From assembly GCF_009914755.1 (NCBI RefSeq), contig NC_060926.1: a DNA stretch of 64,000 nucleotides; one strand, given 5' to 3'. Under the pieces are notes generated by a model. It had not been told where the DNA came from. It did no database searches and saw nothing but the letters and a program-made list of their open reading frames with translations. Positions 1 through 13,555 of this stretch are shown piece by piece (position 1 is the stretch's first letter; every line of letters begins with the position of its first letter). The position numbers and the translations under genes were made by a program. Origin of the DNA: the human T2T-CHM13v2.0 reference genome, Homo sapiens.

Positions 1-100
1 GTTTTTAAACTTTTTTGTATATTTTTCAAAATAGTCGGTTTAAAATCTGACTTCAAAAGTTTGACTTTAAAAATCAGACTTTAAAAATATGTGTCATGGA

Positions 101-382
101 GGCCAGATGCAGTGGCTTATGCCTGTAATCCCAGTACTTGGGGAGGCTGAGGTGGGAGGACCATTTGAGCCCAGCCTGGGGAACATAGCGAGACCCTGTC
201 TCTAAAAAAAATGGAAGAAATTAGCCTGGCAGGGTGGCACGTGCCTATAGTCCCAGCTACTCTGGAGGCAGAGGTGGGAGAATTGCTTGAGCCCCGGAGG
301 TCGAGTGAGCCGAGATCACACCACTGCACTCCAGCCTGGGTGACAGAGCAAGACCCTGTCACTAAAAGAAACAAACAAAAAA
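101..382 (+). mobile_element. Alu element (older, AluJ/S-like)
   Basis: Starts GGCCAGATGCAGTGGCTTATGCCTGTAATCCC; A-rich linker near 203-210; right arm ends CACTGCACTCCAGCCTGGGTGACAGAGCAAGACC followed by an A-rich tail. Confidence 0.93.
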
Positions 383-2308
383 GTGTCAGGGGCTGGGCTG
401 GGTAGTTTTCACAGATGACCCGATTTAATCCTCAGGACGCAGCCTTGCCAGGAGGCGTCCTCACCCATGACCCAAAGCACACGGAGAAGTCAGTAAGGGG
501 CCAAGTCCTGTCGAAGGCCCAGAGCTCAGCAGTGGCAGCGCTGACTGGAGCTCACAGTGGTCCCACGCCAAAGCAGAGGCTCTTATTTATGCTCCTGCCC
601 TCGGACGGGGCCAATAAGCAGCCGGGTTGGGGATATCTCATAAAACACAAGGGAAGCACACACCTGAGGTGGGAGTGGTGGCCCCGGGAATGACCGAATG
701 GCGAACGCAGTGAATAGATCAGGAGGGAAAAGAGGCATCCTGGAATGAAGACCACTGCGGCCGGGGTGGCCACATCTGGGTCAGGACCCACAGGACCCCA
801 GTCATGCCCACTGCGCCTTGCTGAGTGCCCTGTGCTGTTACCAGTGGGGAAACCGAGGCATGCCACCTGTGAGAGTCTTGTCCGGCACAAGCGCGGGCAC
901 CTGAGGCACGAGTGTCAGGCTGCGGACACCTTGCTCTTATCTTTCCCGCCTGGGTCGGGGAGGGTGGCGTCCCGAGGGCGTGCCTGAAGAGCCGGGACAC
1001 GGGGGGAGAGGCTCGGCTCCCCTCCTGCCTCCCTCAGCTCCCCCTCCCCTGTGACGAGCGCCCCTCTGCCCTCTGGTTCCCCCGCAGTCGTCTCCCTGGG
1101 ATGCCTTTTGGCCCTTTGCTCTTTGCCTTTTGCCCAGAATCTCCAGTTCTGAGTCCTGAGTGACCCACGGGCCAACCTTAAGAGGTGGCGCTGAGGCAGG
1201 AAGGCACGGCCCTGACAAGGATGCTGCCTCAGGTGCCGGGGAGCAGGCCCCGGGAGAGGGGCCGAGGTGGGGAACCCCCAGTCGCCTGCCACAGTGAAGG
1301 GGCACCAGGACCCCCGGGGCAGGAGCCTCGAGGGGGTGTCAGGGCGGCCCCAGGGGTGCCCCTCATCTTGTCCTCCCAGTGGTGTCACACCCCGGTACCC
1401 AGCAGGGCCCAGAGGGACTGTCTTAGGCTTGGCCTGGGTGAAACCACCCTCCCCAGGCCTTGGCATCCCCAGGTGCAGGCTGGCTGGGCACAGAGGGCCA
1501 GCCGGGCACAGAGGGTCCAGGAGCGGGCTGTGGTCACAGTGTACACAGAGGGCCCAGGGTCACGGGCAGCCCAGGAAGAGGCTCCCTCTCTCCTCGATCC
1601 GGGAGAGTGAGGCCAAGGCCTCCCCCACGGATGGTCTGAACAGGGCTCGGGGAGAGCCCTGGAATCTGGGCAGAGACCCAGGCGGGCACAATCCCCACCC
1701 AGGAGGGATCCTGGAGACAGAAGAACTGTCCTCACTCGAACAGGTACACTTTGGATATAATGAGAAAAATATCACCAGCTCATCTAAACTTTGACGTCGT
1801 AAAGCCAAGGTTAGTCCCACATGGGGCTCATCCCATCCTTAGGAAAACTCGAGTGAGGACCAAGGATGCCTGGGCAAGGCAGAGCCGCCACGCAGACTCC
1901 CCACGGCCAAGGTTTGGGGTTCTGGCCAGCCTGACCCGTCATTCTACAGAAACACGCAGCCCCAAGGACCGGCTGAGAGGGGACAGAGGTCCTGCCTGCC
2001 CAGGAGCAAAGAGGGGACTTGGGCCAGGGGAGGAGTTGGGGCCCAGAGAGGAACCCAGGAGTTCGAGCTGCCCAAAGCCACACAGCTCAGGGTAAGGGGC
2101 AGAGCTGGGGGCCAAGGCTGGGCCTGCCACAGCACCCCCCGACCTGCCAGGGACTGAGAGTGAAAGGTCCCTCCAGACCCCTCGCTCCGGGACCCCTGGG
2201 CTGCCAGGGCCAGGCCCGCCTCAGCACCCCCCGACCTGCCAGGGACTGAGGGTGGAAGGTCCCTCCAGACCCCTGGCTCTGGGACACCTGACCGCCGACC
2301 CCACCTAC

Positions 2309-2384
2309 CTAAGAACCATCCTGGCCGCCAGCCCAGTTGTAGCACCGCCCAGACGACTGGCCAGGGCGCCTGTGGGATCTGCAT
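2309..2384 (-). CDS. PDCD1: PDCD1 (PD-1) exon 1 coding part, signal peptide MQIPQAPWPVVWAVLQLGWRPGWFL(D)
   Basis: ATG at 2384-2382 (minus). 76 nt encode the recognised PD-1 N-terminus, followed by a phase-1 donor TTAG|GTAGGT at 2308. Later exons lie left of the window. Confidence 0.98.
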
Positions 2385-2452
2385 GCCTGGAGCAGCCCCA
2401 CCAGAGTGCCGCCTTCTCCACTGCTCAGGCGGAGGTGAGCGGAAGGGAAACT
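2385..2452 (-). other. PDCD1: PDCD1 5' UTR
   Basis: Minus strand reads AGTTTCCCTTCCGCTCACCTCCGCCTGAGCAGTGGAGAAGG..., matching the remembered PD-1 mRNA 5' end. Exact TSS is approximate. Confidence 0.8.
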
Positions 2453-2720
2453 GTCCCAGGTCAGGTTGAAGGGAGGGTGCCCGCCCCTTGCTCCCGCCCC
2501 CTCTTCCTCCACATCCACGTGGGCGAGAGTGACAGAGGCAGTGCTGGGGGAGGAGGGGTGAGGAGGGGGTAGGACTGGGGAGAGGGTGGGGGAGGGAGAG
2601 AGAGACAGAGACAGGGAGACAGAGGAGATGGGGAGGAGGTGGGCCCGTGGCCCCCACGCCCTACCCCGTGGGGGTCTCCCCAGCTCAGGGCCCCTTCCTC
2701 CTCTGTGTCTCTGCTCACTG
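2453..2720 (-). promoter_or_regulatory. PDCD1: PDCD1 proximal promoter (TATA-less, GC boxes)
   Basis: Immediately upstream of exon 1; CCCGCCCC GC boxes near 2480 and 2494; purine-rich GA tract at about 2545-2640. Confidence 0.75.
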
Positions 2721-3339
2721 CTGTGGCCTCTTTCCATATCCCGCCCGAGCTGCCCCTCCTGAGGCTGCCGGGTGGGGGCAGGCCCTTCTCCTCCCCCATC
2801 CCCCCCATCTCCCTGGGGGCCGGGCCTCCCTGCCTGGGGAAGGTGGGTGGCCCCCTCTGGGCTCAGGTTCCTGGGCTGCAGTGAGGGGTGGGCTCAACCC
2901 CACTCCCATTCTGTCGGAGCCTCTGGGAGCCTCCCGGCTGCCCACAGCCTCTGCCCCTGCTGGGGGCAGGTGCCTGGCCTCTGCCTTCCCGGCCCATCCC
3001 CCTTCGCTGGGGCACAGGTGACCCTACTGAATGACAACTGTCCATGGCTAATCGGCTCCCCCTCAAAGCTTCCACCTTGTGGATGGCCTCACACCATGGC
3101 CACAGTTCCAGATCTTTCCACCGTGTGATGCCTGCAACAGCCTGACGGGGGGGCTGGGGCGGTGGCAGGGGCTGGCTGTGAGGCTGACCTCCCCTTCCAG
3201 CCTTGACCTTCTTCCCCGGGGCCCTGCCCTCCAGCCCACTCGTGCCAGGGTGGGGTGGTTCAGGGGGTCCAGTGCCTGGGCCTGGCTGGCGGCCCGGCGT
3301 TTGTGAAATGGCTTGCTTATCTCCTTGTATTCTGTGCTG

Positions 3340-3620
3340 AGCATTTTATTACAGCGAATGGAAAACAGGAGAAATGAAACTGCTGATATTAGTGATGAGA
3401 TGCGTCAGGCTCATCAGCTTAAAATAACCGAAGCGAGGCTAGAAACCGCCTGACAGCTGGCGCGGCTGCCTGGCTCCGAGAGACACTCGGCCCGGCTCTG
3501 AAGGGAAAACATTAAAGCACCGAAACAGTGGAAAAAGAGCATCAAAGATGATGTCTGCGAGGCGCGGCCACGGCGAGGAAGCTCTCGTTTATGAACAAAG
3601 GGCCACTCCCGGGTCTCAGA
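3340..3620 (-). promoter_or_regulatory. PDCD1 upstream element, CR-C-like (NFAT/ISRE motifs, CpG cluster)
   Basis: About 0.9-1.15 kb upstream of the TSS. GGAAAA NFAT cores at 3360, 3504 and 3530; ISRE-like GAGAAATGAAACTG at 3369-3382; local CpG enrichment. Position fits the described NFATc1-bound conserved region C. Confidence 0.6.
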
Positions 3621-4699
3621 GATGTGAGGCTGTGTGGGTGGCTTGGTGGGGAGGTGGGGGGGGCCCAGCTGGCCAGGTGGGCTTGGCGGGGGGCCCCCAG
3701 GGAGCCTGGCAGCACCCACTGTGCTGCCAGACAGCTAAGGTGGCCCGCAGCAACTGTCTCCTGGCACACCCACCCTTGTGCCTCAGGGGCTGGGGCTCTG
3801 GGGCTGGAGAACTGTTGGTTGGTAGGTGCCTCCATAGCCCTGTGCCTCGCCCAGGCAGTGGATAAGTGGCTAAGCTGCCCCTGCTGGCTGTACTTGTCCT
3901 GAAGGCAGATTCTGGACAGAACCTCCCTCTGCCCCCAGCCCTGTAGAGCCTTGTTCCAACCTCTGTTGAATGCTGTCTCTGTTCCAGGGCAGCAGTGGGC
4001 CTTCCTCAAGGCTCTGAGCTTTGTGGGACGAAGCTGTCCTCTGAGGACTGGGAATGCCACTGTGTGGGCTGGAGGGGAGGCTGGGCCCAGGAGGTGGGCT
4101 CTGAGATGGGAGATGCTATCAGACCCCTGGAAGGTCTCCTCACCACCAAGGCCCTGCCCCCAAAATTCCACCTGCCAGGGCTTGGACACATGTCCTGGAG
4201 TAGGGGGCGGGCACAGGGAGAAACCCAGCTTCCATCCTACCCCTTCCTTCCTTCTCCTTCTCCCACCCCTCTCCTCTCTCCCTGCAGTTCTTCCCTGTCA
4301 CCCACTCTCCTTCCCTCCTCCTCTCAGTCCCACTGAAGGCCCCTGGGCCATGGGAGAGGAGACCTGGTGGGGTGGGCCCAGCGTGGAGCCAGGGGACTGC
4401 GGCCACTGAGGCCAGGGCTGCCTGATGGTCTCTCCACATTGCTACTCGCTGGAGCACCTGCAAAGAGACACATGGACCCAGGGAGGGTCTGCAGGGCTGC
4501 GAGGGGTCTGAGCCTGGAGAGCACAGGGCCTGCAGGGATGCAGGCATTGGGCATTGGGCCTGGACTAGTAGGCTGAACCTACAGGGTCCTGGGACCCCAC
4601 CCCGAAGCAGATAGGCGGTCCCAGGGCTCAGGTGTGGGGTGGGGACTCATGGAGCCTGCACCCCAATATCACACTCCAGACCACTTATTGACACCCTCC

Positions 4700-6377
<1,678 letters not shown>

Positions 6378-6404
6378 GATGGTTGTATGTTTTGGTTGAG
6401 TATT

Positions 6405-6980
6405 GTATCATTTACAATTGAGATAATTGTAGATTTACTTGCAGTTGTAAGAAATTACACAGATGTTTCCTCATACACTCTGCTCAGTCTCTCTGAATGA
6501 TAACAGTTTGGAAAACCACAGGACAACGTCACAACCAGGTTAATGACTTTGATGTGACACCTCGATCCCATCCTGAGTCCCCGTTTCTGGCTAATGTGTG
6601 CCTATCAAAGGCTGCACAATGTGGGCACAAGCGAAGGCTCCTGCATCCCCTGACAGCGAAGCTGCAGAACGTCCCCATCACCACGGGGTCCTCCGGGTGC
6701 CCTTGGCAATACACCCACCTCCCTGCTGGTGGCCACGAGCCTGCCCTCCACCCCCATCACTGTTTCATTCCAGCGACAGCCGTGGGAAGGTGCAGTACGC
6801 ATCCTTCCGGGATTCCCTGGAGATGCCTCCAGCGCGTGTGTTTCAGCAGCCCGTTCCTCTCTGTGCCGAGCCATCCAGGCTGTGGTGTGGATGTACGTAC
6901 CACACCACAATTTAGTCAGCCATTCTTCAGTTTAAGTGAGTCTGGGTGGACTCCAGTTCTTGGTGACTATGACTAAAGGC
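6405..6980 (-). mobile_element. Old LINE-1 3' end fragment (L1MC/MB-like)
   Basis: TTGAGATAATTGTAGATTTACTTGCAGTTGTAAGAAAT and GTCACAACCAGGTTAATGACTTTGAT resemble remembered L1MC 3' UTR consensus; heavily diverged. Confidence 0.55.
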
Positions 6981-7139
6981 CCCGGAAGCCCTCTGTGGGC
7001 CAGAGCGCCCAGGAGGCCAGGGGATCTAGGACTGCTTTCCGAGACTGGGGCCTTGCTCTCAGGGGCCTGGAGAAGGTTCCCCTCGCTGGGGGCCCTCCCA
7101 TGCTCCTGGACTGAGAAGAGAAACCCTACAGTTTCCAAG

Positions 7140-7535
7140 GAGCCTGCACGTCATGACGCATGGCGCCCGGCGCACGGCAGTGGTGAGATGGGCCCCGTGT
7201 GCTGGAACATGAGCCAGCAGCGATGGAAAGTGGCGAGGGGAGGGGAATCCCCGTGCTCGCTCGGGCCAGTGGGAAGTTTCCATCCGCGCAGGGACGGTCC
7301 GGGGAAGCACTGGAAACAGCAGGACCATCCCGAAACTGCTTCTGCAGTGGGAGGCGCCGGGCGCCCGGCTGGCCGGGTGGAAACCACGCTGCAGCCGCCG
7401 GGCCAAGGGCACCGCGGTGGGGAGGCAGCGCCTGATTCACAGCAATTTCTGAGGTTGGAACAGGAAATGGTTAATAGTGTTTGCAAATAAAAACTCTCTG
7501 TTCTATCCTGTTTTCGAAACATTTCCCAGAAGTTA
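7140..7535. promoter_or_regulatory. Candidate activation-responsive enhancer upstream of PDCD1
   Basis: CpG-rich. GGGGAATCCCC (7242-7252), GGGAAGTTTCC (7271-7281), TGGAAA x3 (7224, 7311, 7378), TGATTCA (7433), CAGGAAAT (7461), TTCCCAGAA (7523-7531). Confidence 0.55.
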
Positions 7536-7749
7536 AAAAATAACACCCAATTTATCTGCCCAATTTAAGAATAAACTTTTTAAAAATTGAATGAGATATT
7601 TCCACAATTTATTATACACACAAAAAAATCGTTGGGCTGTTTGTTAAGGGGGGGTGGCAGGTGATTTCTAGCCCCCCCCCCCGCTGTTTTCTAAACTTTC
7701 TAGAATGTGGTTAGTAGTTTAGATGTCAATTTATGTTCTAAATCTCCCA

Positions 7750-9715
7750 GTGTGTACATGTATATGTGTGTGTGTAGGTGTGTGTGTTTATGTGTACTGT
7801 ATGTGGTATGTGTATTGTGTGTGTTGGTGTGTATCTCTGTTCATGTATATTGTGTGTTGTATGTAGTATGTGTTATGTGTGTTGTGTGTAGTGTACGTGG
7901 TGTTTGGTGTGTGTAGTGTGTGTGGTGTGTGTGTAGTGTGTGTGGTTGTAGTGTGTGTTGTGTGTGTAGCATGTGTGCTGTGTGTACTGTGTGTGTTTGT
8001 GTGTGATATGTGTGTGCTGTGTGTGGTGTGTGGTGTGTGTGTAGTGTATGTGGTGTATGTTGTGTGTGAGCTGTGTGTGATGTGTGTAGAGTGTGGTGTG
8101 TGTGTAGTGTGTTGTGTGTGTGGTTTGTGTGATGTGTTGTGTGTAGTGTGTGTGGTATGTGTGCTGTGTTGTGTGTGAGCTGTGTGTGATGTGCATAATG
8201 TGTGGTGTGTGTGGTGTGTGGTGTAGTGTGTGGTGTGTGTGGTGTGTGTAGTGTGCATTTGTGTGTGGTGTGTGTGGTGTGTGTAGTGTGCATTTGTGTG
8301 TGGTGTGTGTGGTGTGTGTAGTGTGTGTGGTGTGTGGTGTAATGTGTTTGGTGTGTGTAGTGTGCATTGTGTGGTGTGTGTAGTGTGTACGTGGTGTGTG
8401 GTGGGTGTAGTGTGTGTGTGGTGTGTGTAGTATGTGTTGTGTGTGTTGTGTGGTGTAGTGTGTGGTGTGTGTGGTGTGTTGTGTGTGTGGTGGGTGTAGT
8501 GTGTGTGGTGTGTAGTGTAGTGTGTGTGGTGTGTGTGTGGCATGTGTGGTGTTTGGTGTGTGTGGTGTGTGTAGTGTTTTTATGTAGTGTGTGGTGTGTG
8601 TCGTGTGTGTGGTGTGTGTCGTGTGTGTAGTGTGTGTGTGGTGTTTGGTTGTGTAGTGTGTGTGGTGTGTGTACTGTGTGTGGCGTGTTTGGCGTGTGTG
8701 TTTGTGTGTGGTATGTGTAGTGTGTGTGGTGTGTGCGGTAATGTGTGGTGTTTCTGTGGTGTGTGTAGTGTGTGTTTGTGGTATGTGTAGTGTGTGGTGT
8801 GTGGTGTAGTGTGTGGTGTGTGTGGTGTTTGGTTGTGTGGTGTGTGTAGTGTGCGTTTGTGTGTGGTGTGTGTAGTGTGTGTGGTGTGTGTACTGTGTGT
8901 GGTGTGTGTAATGTGTTGTGTGTGTGTAGTGTGTGTGATGTGTGGGTGTGTGTGTAGTGTGTGTGGTGTATGTGGTATGGTGTGTGTGCTGTGTGTGGTG
9001 TGTGTAGAGTGTGTTGTGTGTGTAGTGTGTGTTGTGTATGGTTTGTGTGATGTGTGTGTAGGGTGGTGTGTGTTGTAAGTGTGGTGTGTGTAGTGTGTGT
9101 GTGTGGTGTGTGTAATGTGCGTTTATGTGTGGTGTGTGTAGTGTGTGGTGTGTGTAGTGTGTGATGTGTGTAGTGTATGTAGTGTGTGGTGTGTGTAGTG
9201 TGTGGTGTGTAGTGTGTGGTGTGTGTGGCATATGTGTCTTGTGGTGTTTGGTTGTGTGGTGTGTGTGGTGTCTGGTGTAGTGTGTGGTTTGTGTGGCATG
9301 TGTGGCATGTGTGGTGTTTGGTTGTGTGGTGTGTGTAGTGTGTGGTGTGTGTGGGTGCGTGTGGTGTGTGTAGTGTGTGTGGTGTATGTGGTATGGTGTG
9401 TGTGCTGTGTGTGGTGTGTGTAGAGTGTGTGTGTGTAGTGCGTGTTGTGTATGGTTTGTGTGATGTGTGTGTTTGGTGTGTGTGGTGTGGTGTGTGTAGT
9501 GTGTCTGGTGTGTGTAGTGTATGGTGTGTGTAGTGTGTGTGGTATGTGTAGTGTGTGTAGTGTGTGGTGTGTGTGGCTTGTAGTGTGTGGTGTGTGTGGC
9601 GTGTGTGGCATGTGTGGTGTTTGTGTGGTGTGTGTGGTGTGTGTAGTGTGTGTGTGGTATGTGTAGTGTGTGTGGTGTGTGTGGTGTGTGGTGTGTGGTG
9701 TCCTGTGTGTGTGTG
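7750..9715. repeat. TG-rich degenerate simple repeat (GTGTGTGGTGTGTGTA-like)
   Basis: About 2 kb of TG dinucleotides interrupted by GG and TA. Confidence 0.96.
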
Positions 9716-9814
9716 GCGCCCCTGCCTTCTCACTCCAGGGCAGTGGGTGTCACTCAGGCCCCTTGCTGGTCCCCCTGCTGGTCCCCCTGCTGGGCTCCAA
9801 AGCCGAAGAACCCG

Positions 9815-10025
9815 GGCTGAGCTGCGCGGGATGCTGAGCTGCGCGGGATGCTGAGCTGCGCGGGATGCTGAGCTGCGCGGGATGCTGAGCTGCGGGGGGA
9901 TGCTGAGCTGCGGGGGATGCTGAGCTGCGGGGGATGCTGAGCTGCGGGGGATGCTGAGCTGCGGGGGATGCTGAGCTGCGGGGGATGCTGAGCTGCGGGG
10001 GATGCTGAGCTGCGGGGGATGAGCA
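9815..10025. repeat. 17-bp minisatellite (GCTGAGCTGCG[C/G]GGGAT), about 12 copies
   Basis: Near-perfect tandem copies; the first four carry GCGCGGG and later ones GCGGGGG. Confidence 0.95.
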
Positions 10026-13000
10026 GCGTGAGTGAGCGGTCCCCCAGGGAGGGATGCTCCGAGGGCGAGTGCAGGAGGTCCCTTGCATTCCTCCTTCGGA
10101 ATGGCCTCCCCAGCCCCAGCAGGACTGCGGGTTGGAGGGGAGAGCAAGGGGCCTCTTGGACAGTGGAAGCACTTTCAGCAACAGAATGGCTGGACAGAGG
10201 CTGCGTCCCCCCACCAGCTGCCGGTCCTGGGATCCCTGCCCGCCTGGGCAGCGCTGGGGCAGAGCCACACGGAGCCTTGGGCCAGGAACAACCCCTTGCC
10301 GGTGGGGCCTGTGGGACTGCAGGGCCTGGGGTCTGGGAGGCGGCCTTGTCCCTGCCGCTGCAGCCACGAGCTGAGGTCTGTGTTGGGAGGGTGAGCCCCA
10401 GCTGAGGTCTGTGGGGGGAGGGTGAGCCCCAGCACCTGCGAACGGCCACCGTTCTCTGCTCGGCTCCTTTTCCTGCCCGTCTCTTTCTCCCTCTGAGCAA
10501 GGACCACCATCCCGTCAGCCGACCGGTCCTCTGGCCCCACCGGGCCTTGGCGTTTGCTCCTCCCTCGCCGGGAGCTGCTGCCTCTGCTCCTCCAGGCCCA
10601 GGCAGTGCATCCGTTCTGGCAGGAGACTGTGGTGGGACTCACCTGAGCTGCAAGTTCTGCTTCCCAAGGGAGGGCTGTCCCCGGCCTGCCAGCTGCCCTC
10701 CCCAGAAGCTGAGCTCAGGAAGACGGGTACCAGCGTGTGAGGAAGGGGCCCCAGAAGGAGCGCGTGTCTGCGGGGAGAGGGAGCGCTAAGCCACCACACC
10801 AGGTGGGCAGCAGTGCTGAAGGGGCACCCGGCTTCCCCTGATCGTTTCTTTTCCCTGTGGCCCAATCTCCCACCCCCATCTCACCCTGTCCTGGAGCCAG
10901 CCTTCGGGGAGGCTGGGCAGGGAGCGGGGTCAGAAGGCGTCTGCCCCAGGCCTGGGTCCTAGGGCCTGTCCTTGGAGGGACCACACATGCCTGGAGAGAG
11001 GCTCCAGTGGCCGGCTCCAGGTGGGCGCTGATGCAGAAGGCCCAAGGAGGACCCTGCCACATGTTGCAGGGACCCGTGGGTGCTGTGCACAACCTGCCTC
11101 ATCCATCCCCGCCGAAGAAGAGGGGGTGCTCATGGCTGGCTGATTTGTGAGGGGGCCACGTAAGCAGCTCTTGCAGGGCGTGGCTTGTGGGTTTGGGAGA
11201 CAGACAAATGGGCAGTCAGACAGAGGCGTGGACAGGATGCCCTCTCTGCTGTCTGCCGCCCAGGCCTCTGGAGGTGTTCTGGGATGGGTCTAAGGAAAAC
11301 TCAACAATTCTTGAGCGAATAATGCCCGGGCAACCAGCTCCCTGCATTTCATAAGGGCCGGAATTGCCATCCAAAAGGTTATTTTGGGTGACTGTGGTCA
11401 GTCATCATTCCAAAGCTTTTCCCTAAACTCAGAGCCAGGTGTGGCCTCCAGGGCTGAGGAGCCTGAGAGGTGGGACTGGCAGGCAGGGCTGTGGCCCCAG
11501 CGTGGCACGGAAGCAGCCAGGAAACACTGGCTCTGGGGGGCTGTGGTGGGAGGAGGTCCTCTGCAGGGACCCCTGTGGACCGAGGCTTTTGGAGGCAAGT
11601 GGACAGTAGGTGTCTCTTAGACCCCTGCGGGGGCACACGACCAGGACCACAAGGGGCCCACACACGCACAGTGGCCCGGAGCCAACCAGCAAACCCCAGG
11701 ACCTTAGATACAGCCCGGCGAGTGAGTTAGGATTGCTCCGGCTAGCTGTGTGATCATCCACAGTGCCAGAGAACAGTGCCTCGAGACCACAGTGGCAGCT
11801 GGCTTACTTCTCGTGTGAACAGGAAACCCAGAGGTGGGCGACCCTCCAGTGGTGTGACGACTCCATCTGTCACCACAGCCCCGGGCTCCCGCCTTCCTGC
11901 TCCTTGGGCTCACAGCTCTGTGCTTGAGGCAGGTCTAAGACAGGCTGGAGTGCGGCCATCATCCCAGCACTGATGGATAGAAGAAAATGAAGCTGGGATG
12001 AGAAACGCGGGGCTTTCCCTGGCAGTCTGGCCCTGTATGGAGGCCCCTTCCCAGAGTGCGTCCCACTGGCTTCCTCTTCTATCTTGCAGTCACACCTAGC
12101 TGCAAGGCGGGAAGATGTCACAGGTTTGAAAGGGCCGAAAAGAAGGTTCAGAAATGAAAACTATGACAAGGCGCTTGCCAGCATTAGCTGCAGAGTCGAC
12201 AGAGACGAGGAGATAATGTGTGAAGTGGTAGAAAAATGAGAAGAGATTGTTCAGTGTGCAGGGCAGAGAGATGGCGAGATGGGAGCTGTGAGGAGAGCCG
12301 GGTGGCCGGGAGCCTCCCGGGGGCAGATCTGTGCTGAGGTTTTGCAGGGATCAGCTGGCTGTCTCCGCCCCTGCACGTCCCGGCTCCTTCTCAGCTCACC
12401 CTTTCTTGTTGTGCCATGACAGGTGGCTGCCACGCACAGCAATGCTGTTGAATCTCAGAAATTAAACAACCTGAAAAGGCGTGAGAAGCTGGGCACATGC
12501 ATGAATTGTTTATGTAAAGCTCAGAAGCTGCACAGCTAAAGGGCTCGGTGAGGGAGGCATCATAGGTGTTGAAGCCTCAACGTTGTCTGTGCAGGCACGG
12601 CCAGGCTGGTGGCACCTCTGCCAGGAGGGCAGGGGGTGGGGGTGGGGCCGCGGGCTGAGATCGGGAGGGAACAGGCAGCCAGCTCTGGAGGCTGGCAGAG
12701 CGAGGTTTTGTTTCTTCCTATAGGACGTGGTGACTTAAGACTTTAGAATAATTTGTGAAGCTCTGCATTTATGTTTTAGGCATTTTATGTAAATATTTTA
12801 TATTTCTCACTAGTAAAAAGTTTAAGAGAATACACCCACGGGACAATCTGCAATGATACACGTTCTATAAAGTTCTTCTCAGCTTTGTTTGTGTGAAAAG
12901 CATTAGTGCTGTTTGCAGAGAGAAGCTGAGTGAATAAGTTACATGATAGCCACAAGCTGGAAAAATACCAAGTGTTCAGCAAGGGATGAGTGTGGGCCAC

Positions 13001-13229
13001 CGCTCCTGATGTGCACTAGAAAGAGAGGGCTGTGGATGATTCCTTGGTGCGATGTGTGAAAACACCCGGGCCTCTACACGCACGGGTCTGGGGAGGCCCC
13101 TGCGTGTCCACGGGCCCACGCCCACCACCACCACCACGGTGCTGCCACAGGGATGCTCTCTGGGGGGCGGGGTCATGGGAGATTGCATTGTATTGTATTT
13201 TTCCTTTCTGCTTCCCATTTCTCGGAGAC

Positions 13230-13555
<326 letters not shown>

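Noticed and set aside
117-405. Alu-derived ORFs here and at other Alus
   Set aside because: Typical Alu translations (e.g. [12 protein letters not shown]), not genes.
1944-2657. 237-aa ORF containing the PD-1 signal peptide
   Set aside because: Only 2309-2384 is coding; the rest is promoter, UTR and intron read-through.
7648-7682. G7...C11 potential hairpin
   Set aside because: Homopolymer pairing only; too short to support a function.
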